From contig NC_083232.1 of NCBI RefSeq assembly GCF_032191835.1, positions 56,854,001 through 56,918,000 on the forward strand: a DNA stretch of 64,000 bases. Reading direction: 5' to 3'. Position numbers and translations under genes: made by a program. The DNA comes from Heteronotia binoei. Its lineage: Eukaryota. Below, one piece after another: positions 1-12,434 of the stretch. The notes under the pieces are model-generated. The model made no database searches. It had not been told where the DNA came from and was given only the letters and a program-made list of their open reading frames with translations. How positions within the stretch are numbered: position 1 is the first letter of the stretch; every line of letters starts with the position of its first letter.

Positions 1-500
1 TGGTTATGATTAGTTACGTAGTGAGGCTGCTGTATGTAGACTTTCCAGACAATTCCTAATTTATGGAGGGCTGAAATGTTGGCAGAGAGTACAATTCTAA
101 GCTTTGGAAGTAAACAGGAGGCTTATCACTGACTATAGTGGACTCTAGACTGCACCACAGACCTTTTAACATTATGGAAAATCATATCTTGGCAATGTGT
201 AGTAGTTCTATACATATCTGAAACAGATGAAAAATCACTTTGTTTTTCCCATGGCTGTGATCCTAAGCAGACATACTTGAAAGTCAGTTCTAATGATATC
301 AAGTAAATCTGCTCAGGGACTGAGGGATTAGCTTCGCACATACACAAAAAAATATGTAATTGTCCACATACTTCCCAGTTACGTTTTTGGAGCCAGGCAG
401 AATGAAGAGTTTTTCTCCATTGTTCTATAGAGTGAACATTTTTAAGCATAGCTTTCCCCACTAATATTAGAAAAATGTATATGAATGTATATGAATACTG

Positions 501-643
501 TTTGAGTCCAATGCACCATGATATCTTTAAGACCAACAAAATTTTATTCAAGATATAAACTCTCATACCTCTTGGTTTTGAAGGACTCAAGTTTGGACTC
601 AAACTTTGTTCTGCTGCTTCAGACCAACACAGCTACCCACCTG
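501..643 (+). mobile_element. Penelope-like (Neptune-type) terminal fragment with inverted 5' copy, degraded
   Basis: Shares CTTTAAGACCAAC (525-537) and CTTCAGACCAACAC (617-630) with the copies at 44.8 kb and 51.3 kb; TTTGAGTCCA/TGGACTCAAA inverted arms. Family assignment is from recalled reptile Penelope 3' ends. Confidence 0.6.
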
Positions 644-904
644 TACAAGAATCCTGTTTTTTTCTGTAAACAAATTCACTGCAACATAAAAGCAGAGCCA
701 ATCTTTAACATTTTGTCATTCTAGGTGAAAATACTCACCAGCTTCCTCACAGAGCGACCTTGAACCCTGAACAGTTGCCTCAGACCCTTTAGAAATAAGG
801 CCACGCTGGAGCCAGAAGGCTGGTTACTGTTCTTTTACCATTACAAGCTTCAGTTTGTAAAATAATTTTCCCTAGACCAACCAACTAGTAGTGCCATGAA
901 GAGC

Positions 905-1095
905 AACCAGATAGCGCAGCCTATCCTAATCTCACCAGAGTATGAAAGCTAAGCAGGGCTGGCTGCAGTTAGTACTTGGAGAGAAAACCACCAAAGAAGA
1001 CCTGAGTTGCTAGCTGGAGCAAGGCAATGGCAAACAACCTCTGGAACATCTCTCATCTTGAAAACCCTGTGGCTCTGTGGTCACCAAGAGTTATT
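905..1095 (+). mobile_element. 5S rRNA-headed Sauria-type SINE, diverged (bounds approximate)
   Basis: 5S-identical blocks AAGCTAAGCAGGG (946-958) and GTTAGTACTTGGA (968-980), followed by a Sauria-SINE-like body AAGGCAATGGCAAAC..CCTCTG and CTTGAAAACCC. Confidence 0.7.
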
Positions 1096-1517
1096 TGTAG
1101 CATATGCTGGACTTGTTCATAACATCAGCCATGCAATCCTAAAGAGAGTAAAATTATTCTAGGTCCATGGACCTCAGTACGTTTAGAAGGATGTAACTCT
1201 TTTTAAGATGAAGCTGTAAGTGTATGTACAATCATTTGATATTTTAGAAGTATACACACATTCTTAGGTACTTTGTGGGATTAAGGCAACTGCAGATTTA
1301 TTTGGAAACTGACATACTGATTTAATTTAAAATTGGTAATGACATATCATGGTAATTTAAAACTTAAAGCTGTCATTTAAAATGAAATGTCAATTACCAT
1401 TCTTTTTAAAAGCCTGAAAAAGCCATCTCATGATTGTGGGGAAAATAGTGGCTGCAGAGGACTGAAACATGTGAAATGGTGCTGATGCCAAAGGATCTGC
1501 AAAAATGCCCACCTTTC

Positions 1518-1640
1518 CATCCACACAACATGCAATGATGCTTTGACCTGGATCTTTCCTAAAAGGTTATACCAAATCTGGTTTGGGAAAGGCCACTAGG
1601 ACATCCGGAAACATGGAAAGGGGACAATGTTGTGTGGATG
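1518..1640. mobile_element. Putative MITE remnant
   Basis: Perfect 14-bp inverted repeat CATCCACACAACAT / ATGTTGTGTGGATG around a 95-nt spacer. Confidence 0.45.
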
Positions 1641-4165
1641 CTGCAAAGAACAAAAATCTGTTCTAATTTAGATGCAAACACTCTATATAGAAGCAGCCCT
1701 ACATTATGGCCATCACCTTTAGGAAGAGTTTTTGTTACATATTCAGTTTACATTACCTATACATAAGGGAAAAATGGGTGATTATTACGACTTGGTCTAT
1801 ATACGTATATAAGAATAGTGTTCAAATATAAAGGCCTGCTAAGGTCATTATGCTGAATTTTATGCACAATAAGCATACCTTATAATCTACTGTCTCCACT
1901 GAAACTGGTTAAACCTTGAGGTCTTAACTTCAGATCAATTGTCCATTCATACATTAGTGAACAATGCAATCCTATTGAATATAGTGTGCATTCAACCATT
2001 GAGTCCCCTGACCCCTACTAGAACCCACAATATAGCCAATAAGGGAGGGGGAGAACAGTGTTAAATAATACTTTAACAACCTGGATTTCTTCCCTCTTTT
2101 ATTTTATAGGTTTGACCTTTTCCTACAGGAAATATTTCAGATGAACTTGCTGCATTTCTCCACCTGGCTTGAACCCAGCTGAAGAGCCTGGTCTCCTGTG
2201 TTTTCTCTGCTCTTAGGTTCATGTCATCAGAGCTAGATGATGGCTGGAAATATGGGAAGATGAACAATGTGAGGAGAGATGCATTTTCCTTTGGTCTTGG
2301 CTTGATGGGAAATGAAAAACATCTGGGGCTATGAAAATGTCCAGTCCAAGCCTGTTTACCAAGCAGTCTCCAAATGCCAGCATCTGTCACCGAGGAACCC
2401 CTGAAGGGCCTACCTAATCACAAGGTACTGTTGGCTGAGGCAGTGGTAGAAGTGGGGAAGAGAAACTCACTTTTTCTAATAAGTATACTAATGGAATAAG
2501 GAAATAGGACAAGGAGTAACCAAGCTGGGAATTTTATGAAACTGCCAAGATTTGGTAGCTCTGCGGAAAACTAAAATGAGTTCACAAATTGTGCAGGTTA
2601 CCTTTGCGACTATATGGTGCTTTTGAAGCAACAGTACTTTTGCATTAGTTTCATTTCTTCTCCTATTGCACTAACATTTCAGTCTGGGTTCCTCTCTTCT
2701 GTTTCCAGGTTGAAAAGAAAAGTGGCTTGTTTTGCACCGAGTTACAGAGTAAGGGTGCTTTATGCCTTGTGGGATGGACAATCTACCAACTGTTTCTGCC
2801 CAGGGAGTCAGTAGTTCCATCCTGGAACTGTTTCCACTGGGTCTCTTGTAAAGCAGCCTAGAGGGAAATTGCAGCAATTTAACTCCAAACCACCAGGCAT
2901 TAAGCATACAGAAGTAGGCAATCAGTAGTTCCAGCAGCAAAGGGATGGTGTGAAAATTCCCTCCAAATTCCCTTAACTTTTCTATTGGTTGCGCTGTTCA
3001 GCCATTCCTCCTGGTTTTCACTTAGCTGAAGTCAGTTTTGCCTTCTAAATTACCCTGTTTTATGTTTGGCCTTTTCATTCATCCATAATCTCAATTTATG
3101 TTAATTGAAGCACCTACATCCCTTATTTGCCAGTCAGACTAAGCGAATCTTTAAAATAATATAATCTTACTGAGATTTTGTAAAGAAATTGGTTTATACA
3201 GAGGTGTTAACTGGTTTGCAAATGGCAAGGATGGCTGTTGGGAAGTGAAAAGGATCTGGTACCAGCCGACTCATCTCCCTCTCTCTCCTCCCTCTTTCAT
3301 ATGGAGAGGTGACACAGATTCATTTATGCTGCCTTTCTCAGTGAGACTCAAGGAGGATTACAAAATATTACAATGAAAGTACAAGACCTACTTCAAATAT
3401 AAATAAGATAGTTCATCATCTAGTCTGCTGTGATGGGACCATGCTTTCTGAAATAGCCTTTGCTTTGAACTCATGCTATCACGAATTCATTGTAATGCCT
3501 GGGTTCTCCAGGCATAAAATGAGGATAAAATTCTTGATGCAGTTTAAAATGTTGTCCTCGTGGCTAAGACTGAAAACAAAAATCTTAAGAAAGTTCTGAC
3601 TGATTCCCCCCCCCCCCCACACACACACACCCCGAAGTGAAGCTATAAAACTGTATCGGGGCTTCATAGCCGGGAGTGAAGTCAATAGATTCCGAGTCCC
3701 TCTGGATGGGGAGGGGTTGCCTTGTCGGGAAGTCTTCCCTACGTGGTTCTCTTTCAAAGTCTTGCAACATTCAAGCAGCTCTTCGGTTTGCCTGGATTAC
3801 CCATGGGGGCGTGTTTCTTCCTTGCTCGCCCTCTTGACTGGGCAGCTCGGTCCAGTTGAGGGGCTTGGAGACTTGCCCTCCAGGGTAACAAGCCCAGTTT
3901 AAAGCCCATGGTGTTGAAGTGACGGGGTTGGCTGAGGGCAGGTGACCGTGCACACCGGTGCCATGTGCAAATAGCACTCACGTGGCCGGGAATGCGAATG
4001 ACTGTCGGTTGGGCAGCACTGGTTCTCAAGAAGGGTGCTTCATATCCTCCGGAATCCTCTTGCCCCCCATTTTAGAAAGTTTAATTGCCCCCCAACTAAA
4101 TAGTTGCATTAAAAAACGAGACAGGGAACCTTTCTGGGGAGTTGCAGGTAGTTTTCGGGAAAGAG

Positions 4166-4166
<1 letters not shown>

Positions 4167-4246
<80 letters not shown>
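4167..4246 (+). repeat. (GAAA)20 microsatellite
   Basis: Direct count of an uninterrupted tetranucleotide run. Confidence 0.97.
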
Positions 4247-4249
<3 letters not shown>

Positions 4250-6818
4250 CCATATCTGAGCTCATGTGCGTGTATTTTTTGAATTTTCTGAAACGATTTT
4301 ATTTTACTATTTTCATCATTGATTTTGAAAATCGAATGTTAAATATGAATAGCGATCTGTGTCGTATTTTTAATTTTAGATGGGATTTAGGAAACCCCAG
4401 TAGTAGTAATAAAAACAGTAACGCTTTTACATCGTTCAGGCGAAAATCTGGCTGAAAGGAAGACAATCTAGCCTGTCCCGGTGCTTTTATCTTGCGAGGT
4501 GGCTTTATTGACATAAGCAACCTCTGCATTTGACTTCAATCCCCCCCCCCCCCCGCGCGCGCGCTCTGTGGAGGCTGCTCAAAGCCTAGCCTTAGGAATG
4601 GCTGGAGGGAAGCCACCGCTAAAGGCTGGGCGCCGTCGCCCTTGCCCACGTCGCCCCTCGGTGTCCTCGCGGGTCCCACCTCGGGCCAGCCTCTGTCTAG
4701 ATGCCCCTGCTTTTGACCCACCAGCAAGGGAGGGGGGCTGAAGACAGGAGCGGGTCCGTTTCCGTTCCAGCGAATTCCCGCAGACAGGGGCTGAAACCCC
4801 CAATGCCGGGGACGAGAGATCCTGTCGCAGGGTTGCCCGGGGAGCAGGGGTCTTCGAGGAAACCCTTCTGGAGCATCGGGGGCTTTTTCCTCTCATCCTG
4901 CAGCTGGATCCTTCCTCCCCCTCCCCGCGCGCTCTGCCTGTTTTCTGCATTGACCTCTCCCGGCAACTAGCAGATGCCCGCCAGCCTGGGGCTGGGGCTG
5001 TCCCTCGAAGCCGGTGCGGGTGGCCTTTCAGAGCGACCGACCGACGAGTTATCTCTGAGCATCCCACCGCGATCCCTCCAGCCTGGTTGTTCCCGGGACA
5101 TCAAGAAGAGGGCTCCAGAGCCCCCCCCCCCTCTGCCAGTCCCAGGCGTCACCAGCGCGACCTGGAGAAAAGCGACCGAGTGGCCCTCACTTCTCTGTGC
5201 CCCTTCACACGGGTCGGAACCAACGCCATCAAGTCGGGTGGTGGGTGGGCCCCTGACGGTGGTGTCAAGCCCCTTCTTTCCCCCACTGCCTTCCCAACCT
5301 GCAGGGGTTTGCTTTGCTCCAGGCAATCCGGAGCTTGGGGCAAGGGCAGAAAGAACCCTGGAATAGTTTACGACTCACTTGCCATAAGGAAAAAAGGATT
5401 TCAGCCGTGAAAGGCGGTTCAGAAACAGGCCCAGAGACGGCTGGAATGCTGCAGGGGGGCTGGAAGGCAGGGTGGGGGGAGCCGCCGCTTAGCTGCATTA
5501 ATAAAGAGCCCCCCGCTTTTAAAGACACTGAGTCCGCAATTTTTTTCTGATCATCTGAAAGCATCTTAAAACTGTGACCCTGGAAGCAGTTCTTCTGGGA
5601 TTAATCCTTCAGATTTCCATGGGATATCCCAAAATTGGACTCGCACTGGAGCTTGGAAGTTGAGTGGAATTTGCTTCCCAGAGAGAAAGGCTCGGGTGCA
5701 TCTGTCAGTCTCCCTGCCTGCTCTTATGACCTTGCGCCGGTGTGTGTGGATTCCTTCGGTCCTACGGGTGCGTCCTTACTCGGAGAAGGAAAGAATTAAC
5801 AAGAAATATACCCAGTATCTCAGATATGCAAATAAGCTGGGTTTATATGGGCGATAATTTCTGCTAACCAACAAGCTAATGAAAATTAGACTCTGCCTCG
5901 AACGTGATCTGCCACCGAAAGAAGCTAATAAATTCCTATTAGGAATGCATTTATGCAGCGATTGGGTGAACTCTGACCTCTGGAGAGTTGTTGCAATTAG
6001 CCACAACGTGCCCCAAATTCAATTGCTTGGTTTTTGCGGGATCCCGCAGCCCCTTTCCCAGTGCTTTCCGAAAGCGTCCCGGGTGCGTTACCCAAACACA
6101 TGTGAAAGAGGCACGATTCTTCCGAAGTGTCCCCGGAGAAATATGACAAGGCAGGGAGGGAGGATTATTATGATTATTAGGGTGTGGGTTCTGGGCGCTC
6201 CTACTTGAAGCAAGGTCTGAGGCAGGATGGAAGGTCAGCGTCTCTCTTGCGACTCTTCTGGTTTTGAAAGATGCCTTCCCAGCAGTCTTCAACCCCATTA
6301 TGTAGAAGCAATAGGATTAAAGATGGCACGTTTCCAATGGCCCCGGCCGAAGGATCTGGCTTAACACCTTCCAATTTCATCGGGTTGCAGATTAGTCTGA
6401 ATAAGCTTCATTCTAAGAAGCATGTACTTAAAAAGCAAACTGAGCCGAAATGAGCTAGGTTTTTCCTCCAGATGTCTTGGATCTTATGTTTAAAGTAGCG
6501 TTAAAATAGAATCCCCATTGCTCTTTGTGTGTGTGTGGTGTGTGTGTGTGTGGGGGGGTAAAGCTGGTTTTAAGTTTGATTCTTATCAATGACTGACAGA
6601 GAACTAAGGAAAGGAGGAAAAGAAGAGTTTAACTTAACACATGAAGAAAGTCTTAGTTCAGTTTTATCTAAGAAGGCCAAGCTTAGCATTAGAATAATAG
6701 GCTTGGGGGGCGGGGGAGGAGCGCGCGTGCGTGTAAATAATTGTTGCCTTTAGCAGAGAGCCGCGATAAACCGCTGGGACTCATTCTAAAGTGACCCATC
6801 ACTGAATTCATTTCTGCT

Positions 6819-6835
6819 TGAACTTTCGGTGAACC
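6819..6835 (-). promoter_or_regulatory. HOXA1 3' retinoic acid response element (DR5)
   Basis: Minus strand GGTTCA-CCGAA-AGTTCA, matching the classical Hoxa1 3' RARE as I recall it; about 4.1 kb downstream of the HOXA1 stop. Confidence 0.95.
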
Positions 6836-7131
6836 TGAGATTAAACCGGGGTGAGCAGCTAAACAGTTTGTTGTTAGCTGCCTTTTCAACAACCCTTTTC
6901 AGACTGAGTAAATATTGATCGCTTTCAATCTGATTGCCCCAGAGGAAAACACCAACCAAGCATTTCAATGTTGCCTCCAAAAGTAAACTTTAAAGTTGAA
7001 CATCAAAAGTGAGACATAAACTCGGGGGGTGGGAGTGGAGCCTCATTTGACATTAGAGTGGCAGGGGGAAAAACGCTTTCAAGAGGCTGGAATTAAAAAT
7101 GAACCTAGCGAGTCGGGACATGTGGAGGGTG

Positions 7132-7132
<1 letters not shown>

Positions 7133-7206
<74 letters not shown>
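7133..7206 (+). repeat. (ATT)24 microsatellite
   Basis: Uninterrupted trinucleotide run; it causes the poly-Ile and poly-Asn spurious ORFs. Confidence 0.97.
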
Positions 7207-7207
<1 letters not shown>

Positions 7208-9539
7208 TCCACCTCCCTTTGGCACAGTGAGGAGAGAAAGGGAGGGGGGAGAGCTTCTTCCACATTTCCATATCTAATAAAGAGGATGTGACGCCGTCAT
7301 TGATTCATGGTCGTGATTCATCGATTGAGCCATTCACTTGCCCAGAAAAGAAATGCGGATTCCTTAAAAGAAACCATCTGCAGTCAGAACTGCCTCATCT
7401 TATCTCAGACAAGGCATGTCCAGGATATCATTTTGCTTCCATCCGAGAGTGCCCCCCCGCTTTCTTTAATCCAGGGAGATGCCCTTGAGCTCACCCTCGA
7501 GATCCTCCTGCAGTCTCCACAGGAGCGCTGTTAATGGATGAGAGGTCCCCTCTGCTAACACCCGACCTCGCGCCACTTTTCTGGAACTAAACCCCGTGGA
7601 AGTGAACAGGAGTTCTAGTTAGTGGGTTTTTTTGGGGGGGGGGTTGGGGTTGGTGTCAAGTGTTTTAATCGGCTGTCGACCCCCTCGGATCCGTAATCTG
7701 TACTTAAAAACAAAAACAAAAAACGCGAAGGGTCTGGTTTCTTCTGGAAAGGACGGTTTTCTCTAGCAATTCCTCGAATGGCTCCAGAACTGGCTTCGCT
7801 TGAAGCCTCCCTCCTAGTAAATTTCAGGGCAATCCTAAACAGTATGAACAAACCCACTGACTTCGGTATCTTTAAAAGAGTGTAGCTCGGTTTAGCATTG
7901 CATTGTGTGACTGAAGACACATATTCCTTTTAAGGGGGCCAGGAGAGAGAGAGAGGCGCGCAAGGCTGCAGTCTAACGCTTGTTTCTTGGGAAGTAAACC
8001 CGGGACAGGATTTGTTTGTGAGTCGAACTCTTCTTTTCCTTATTAAGAGAAGTATTAATGGAAGCATAGTGTCGGGGCAGGTGCCTGCCCTTCACAGGTT
8101 CACGAGAGCCGTTTCCCCCAATAACCTCTTCTCAAGTATTACATCAGGACCGTGGTGCTTGCTCTTGTCTCTCCTAACACCTGCGAGGGCGCTGGCTGAG
8201 GGCGGCCTTCCTGGATGGGTGGCCAAAGACCCAGGTCGCGGAGTTCAGGGGCTTTCTCTTTTGTGGCTTCTCCTGCCGGTTCCACCATCAGCCGGCGAGA
8301 ATAAAGCGCAGCGCGGTCAGATGTGTTTGGTTAAAGCAAATTCTCCGAGATTCCGATCAGCCCCACTGGCATGCAGATGCCACTTGGCTGACTTGAAAGT
8401 CTCTGGCGGGAGGCCATCTGTTTGGCTCTCCCTGATCAACAAAAGGTAAAAAGTAGAAGATGGGACCGACCCCGGGGAGGGGGGGGGAGGATGGAAAGAA
8501 AGCAACAGGATGAAATGAAAGCTCCCTCTTTGAAGTGGCCAGGCAGCCCGGGGAGCCCTTTGGAGACAGCCCTGCGCCACTGCCCAGGCCTGGCCGGGCT
8601 CTCTTGATATGGCCGATGCGCCCGGCTGCCAAGGATTGCCCTGACGCGCCAGCCGCAGAGAAGGCAGTGAGTGGAGGCGCCTTCCAGGCCCACCGCTTTC
8701 TGGAGCCGCTGGGAAGACAGGCTGCTTTTTAAAGCCGAAGGAAATTGTCGGCACGTTTGGAATTGGCAGGGGTCAGTTGCAAAAGAGAACACTCGGGTGT
8801 TTCGAGGATGACTAGAACACGTCTTTGCAGGCTGGCCAGAAAGGGTGTGGGGAGGAGAGGGGGACAGTTTCCGTTGCGCCTGCCTTTCCTTACAGATCTA
8901 TTAACTTGTTCTCAAGGTTTTTCAGAAGGTTCTTGAAATGCACCTGCCTGAACTTGTTTTACATATCAGGAAGAAATTGGTTCGGGTTGAAAGAACAACC
9001 GCGGGTGCACACCTGGGAAGGAGAGCGGGAAGCAGAGCTGTGCAAACAGGATCTCTCTCTCTCTCTCTCCCTCTCTCTCTTTACGATGCTTTGTCCCTTG
9101 AAGATGTCAGTGACGATTTAGAAGGGACGGAGTGACGTTGGGTTACTTGGACAGCTTTATATCTGAGGATAATGAATCGTGACTCTCTTAACTGAGGGCT
9201 CGCGATGTGAGGAAAGACTGGCTGAAGACAGCTTCTGCTTTTGAAGAGGACTCTGTTTACACATAGGTCAATATTCAGTTCGGGGTGAAAAGGTTAGCAC
9301 TTGACCCAGGAAGTTCCCGCAAGGGTTATTCAAAAATAGCTCGGGTTCTCCTGCCCTCCTTCTCGCACAGCGAAGGATAAACAAGGACCTCTCCTTCTCT
9401 TGATTAATTTTCCTGCTTTGCCGGCTCTCGGGGTTCTATATACAGGTCTCTCAAAAGGAGCCAAGAATTCGAGGTGGGCAGAGTACAGGAGAGCGCGGAC
9501 CCAAACAGACCGAAGCCAAGAACTTGAGATATTAATATA

Positions 9540-9545
9540 TTTATT
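9540..9545 (-). terminator. Likely HOXA1 distal polyadenylation signal
   Basis: AATAAA on the minus strand about 1.4 kb after the stop; other AATAAA hexamers lie at 9980, 10079 and about 10297. Confidence 0.55.
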
Positions 9546-9560
9546 ACAGAGATTTGTAGG

Positions 9561-9567
9561 ACCCGTA
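9561..9567 (-). promoter_or_regulatory. miR-99/100 7mer-m8 site, HOXA1 3'UTR
   Basis: Minus strand TACGGGT (a rare CpG-containing seed match) 15 nt before AATAAA; HOXA1 is a reported miR-99/100 target. Confidence 0.7.
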
Positions 9568-10118
9568 AAATTCTGCTCTGGATTCCAGCTTCTTCCCCCC
9601 CCACACACACAGAATCTCAGAACCATGAATGATTGTACATAAAAAATCAGAAAGGTATTCCATCACAAATGACAACTGATAGAACTCAGTGTTAACTTAG
9701 TACATCAAAGCTTTGTGCATCATGCAAAATTCCACACACGAATCACTGGAAAGAAAGAAAAAAAATACATTCGTTTGGCCATTCATCACATTTGGGAATT
9801 AGTCTGGAAAGACGACGTTTCAGGAAAGGTGAATGAGAAAATAGGCAGGGAGGTGGGGTTTTAATTTTTCAAAAATAATATTAATAGGGCATGAATCACC
9901 CAGCACAGATTTGGGAGGGGGAAGGGTAAAGGGGGGCAGACATCAAACAAGGTTTAGAAAAACCTAGTGCAATTTCGACTTTATTTTTCTAGCTCCTTCG
10001 AAGAAATAATAGTAGTCTATGATTTTTCTTTTGAGGTATCTGATTAAGTTGAACACTTTTGGTTCGTAGCATCCTCACTTTATTCGGTATAAAATCGAAG
10101 CAAGTTGAGAATGCATCC

Positions 10119-10125
10119 ACCCTGT
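10119..10125 (-). promoter_or_regulatory. miR-10 7mer-m8 site, HOXA1 3'UTR
   Basis: Minus strand ACAGGGT between the HOXA1 stop and the distal polyA signal. Confidence 0.65.
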
Positions 10126-10953
10126 TTAAGCTCATAATCTATCTAAACGTTTCTAGAAAATCCGTAAAAAGATAAATCTCTTGGACAAAAGTATTTACAA
10201 CCAACAAACAAACACACAAGGAAAAAAGGGAGACTTTAAATTAGAGGGTGATAGAATTCGTGTAAACGCTTTCAATAGTGCATCTCTTCATGGACTTTAT
10301 TATTATTTTTTGTATGCTTTCCACGTCGCTTGTCTTTGCTTCCTTCTAGGTTGCCTTCCATGGTAACTTTATTCCGAGTTATCAGATACTTATGATTGTT
10401 CCCACAAATGGTCTAGAGATGAATAGAGACATAGATCCTGGTCCATGGGGCTTGAGGTGGAAGAGTAATACTGAATATAGGACAATATCAGTATGTTAAA
10501 TAGAACCTACTAAATGCTTAAGATCCTAAACGCACAGGGCATAATCCAGCCGAGGCTAGCAGTAGCTAAACTCCATGAAATTAAACGAGGTTTAAATGCA
10601 CCAATCCTCTATATTTTAACCAGGGAACAAAGCCCCAAAGAAATCAACTTGCTTCCTAGGTGCAAATGGTTGCACTGCATCCCCCCCACTCCATTGCTTA
10701 CGGCTGAGGCCTGGCTAGCTGAGGCTGGATTGCCTTTCTTAATTTAGAAGTCAATTCCATTGAAACCCAGATACATATGGGGGTGACTTCAGTTGAGTAA
10801 GCTTCGGAGTATAAAGTCTCTGGAAACCAACAGGAAACTCGTGGGGGAGGGGGATCTGCCGAGACATTTTTAAAAAGCTATTTTGAACACAAATCAAACA
10901 GTGCGTGGGATTGTGTTATGCCTGAAAGACTGCGACAGACGGAGCAGCAGCGT

Positions 10954-11309
10954 TCAATTCGAGGTAGTCAGAGTGTTTGAGGTAGAGGAAGCTGGTGACG
11001 GGGTACAGGGAGACGAGCTGGACTTTTCTGAGGACTCCTCTGCTTTCTCTTCACTTCCGGTCGGGGTGGCGGGGGAGATGGGCAACAAGCCCTCCTTCTC
11101 CCTCTTCTTCTGCTTCATTCTGCGGTTCTGGAACCAGATCTTGACCTGGGTTTCGTTCAGCTGCAATGAAGCCGCGATCTCCACCCTGCGGGCCCTGGTC
11201 AGGTATTTGTTGAAGTGGAATTCTTTCTCCAGTTCCGTCAGTTGCTTGGTGGTGAAGTTGGTTCGGACCGTGTTCGGCTGGCCGACATAGCCGTACTCGC
11301 CAGCTTTGC
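10954..11309 (-). CDS. HOXA1: HOXA1 coding exon 2 (homeodomain)
   Basis: Acceptor tttgcag|GC at 11310/11309. Encodes [73 protein letters not shown] (paralog group 1 homeodomain); TGA at 10954-10956. Spliced CDS 664+356=1020 nt, 339 aa. Confidence 0.98.
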
Positions 11310-11770
11310 CTGCAAACACGCAAATAGGATTCATTAAGCAGCAGCAAGGATTTGTAGGTCGCATGAATCAATAGGGACGCGCGCACAGGTACAGCGATCG
11401 AGAGCAGCGGTCGAGACCCTGGTGGCCCAGTCGTAAACAGGTGGATTCCGAAGCAAATCACATGCATTTCTCGCAAATGCGCAGCACTGATAATCAAGAT
11501 TCGACACTCCCGCTAAGGTGAAAGGGGAACTGGGAAAGGGGAATGTACGACTCAAAGTAAGCCCAGAAGGAGCACCCAATTTTATTATTATTATTATTAT
11601 TTAAAACCCACCCTCCCCCAATGACACCATGCTATGTTCAGTTAGCATTCAGGATCCAGAGCAAATCGCTTCTTCTGACGTCTGCTCCATCAGGTTGAAG
11701 GGCACGGGCATCTGCCTACAAGCAAAGGAGAGGGGGAAAACTTTTCGAAGTGTGGGAGGCGAGGACTAAC

Positions 11771-12434
11771 CTGTTTTAGGCGGATTCCTCTTCACTTTCA
11801 TCCAGTCAAAGGTCTGGGCTGGAGGGGAGGTCTCCGAAGAAGGTGAGCCACAGGTCTCCTGATGGCTTGAGTGCAGAGGGGACAAGGGGTGGCTGTAACT
11901 CGTGAGGGGCAAGTTCTGTTGCTCGTCTCCATAAGCGTGGGGGAGGTACTGAGCCGAACTCACTGCACCCCCGGAATAGCTCTGAGGGTGCTGAACCAGT
12001 GGGGAGGAGACGTTTCCCGAGTAGAGCGCAGGGGCGCACTGGGGGTAGCCCCCATTAATCTCTGCCTCTTGGCCGAGAGGGTAATGGCTGTAGCCCCCGG
12101 CGCCGAAGTTTTGCGCGCCGTAGCTTGGCCCACAACTGGGGTGCGAATAGGACATCCCCAGGCTGGGGTGAGGCTGGTAAGCCCCAGTCTGGTGGTGGGG
12201 ATGGTGCGGGTGGGGGCTTATCTGGACCCCCCTGCCCACCAGGAAGCGCTCGTCCCCGCTGCAGCTGTTGGCACTGACAGCGCAAGACTGGAAAGTGGTT
12301 GTAATCCCATGGTCGGGGTGGTGGTGGTGATGGTGGTGGTGGTGATAGGCACGGGACGAGCAAGTGGCAGAGTCGCCGCCGCCGTTGAGGACCGGCGGAT
12401 ACTCGAGGAAGGAATTCATCCTCGCCGTGTCCAT
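11771..12434 (-). CDS. HOXA1: HOXA1 coding exon 1
   Basis: ATG at 12434, [14 protein letters not shown]-terminus, hexapeptide [14 protein letters not shown], donor CAG|GTTAGT at 11771/11770 (phase 1). Confidence 0.98.

Noticed and set aside
126-602. 158-aa minus-strand ORF
   Set aside because: Runs through MITE-like and Penelope-like fragments; no RT, endonuclease or transposase motifs visible.
905-985. 5S rRNA gene
   Set aside because: Only short identical blocks, diverged elsewhere and fused to a SINE body; it is a SINE head.
7029-7277. Poly-Ile and poly-Asn ORFs
   Set aside because: Translation artefacts of the (ATT)n microsatellite.
10962-10968. miR-196 7mer match in the last HOXA1 codons
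   Set aside because: Explained by the Thr-Thr-Ser coding sequence; CDS sites are usually weak.
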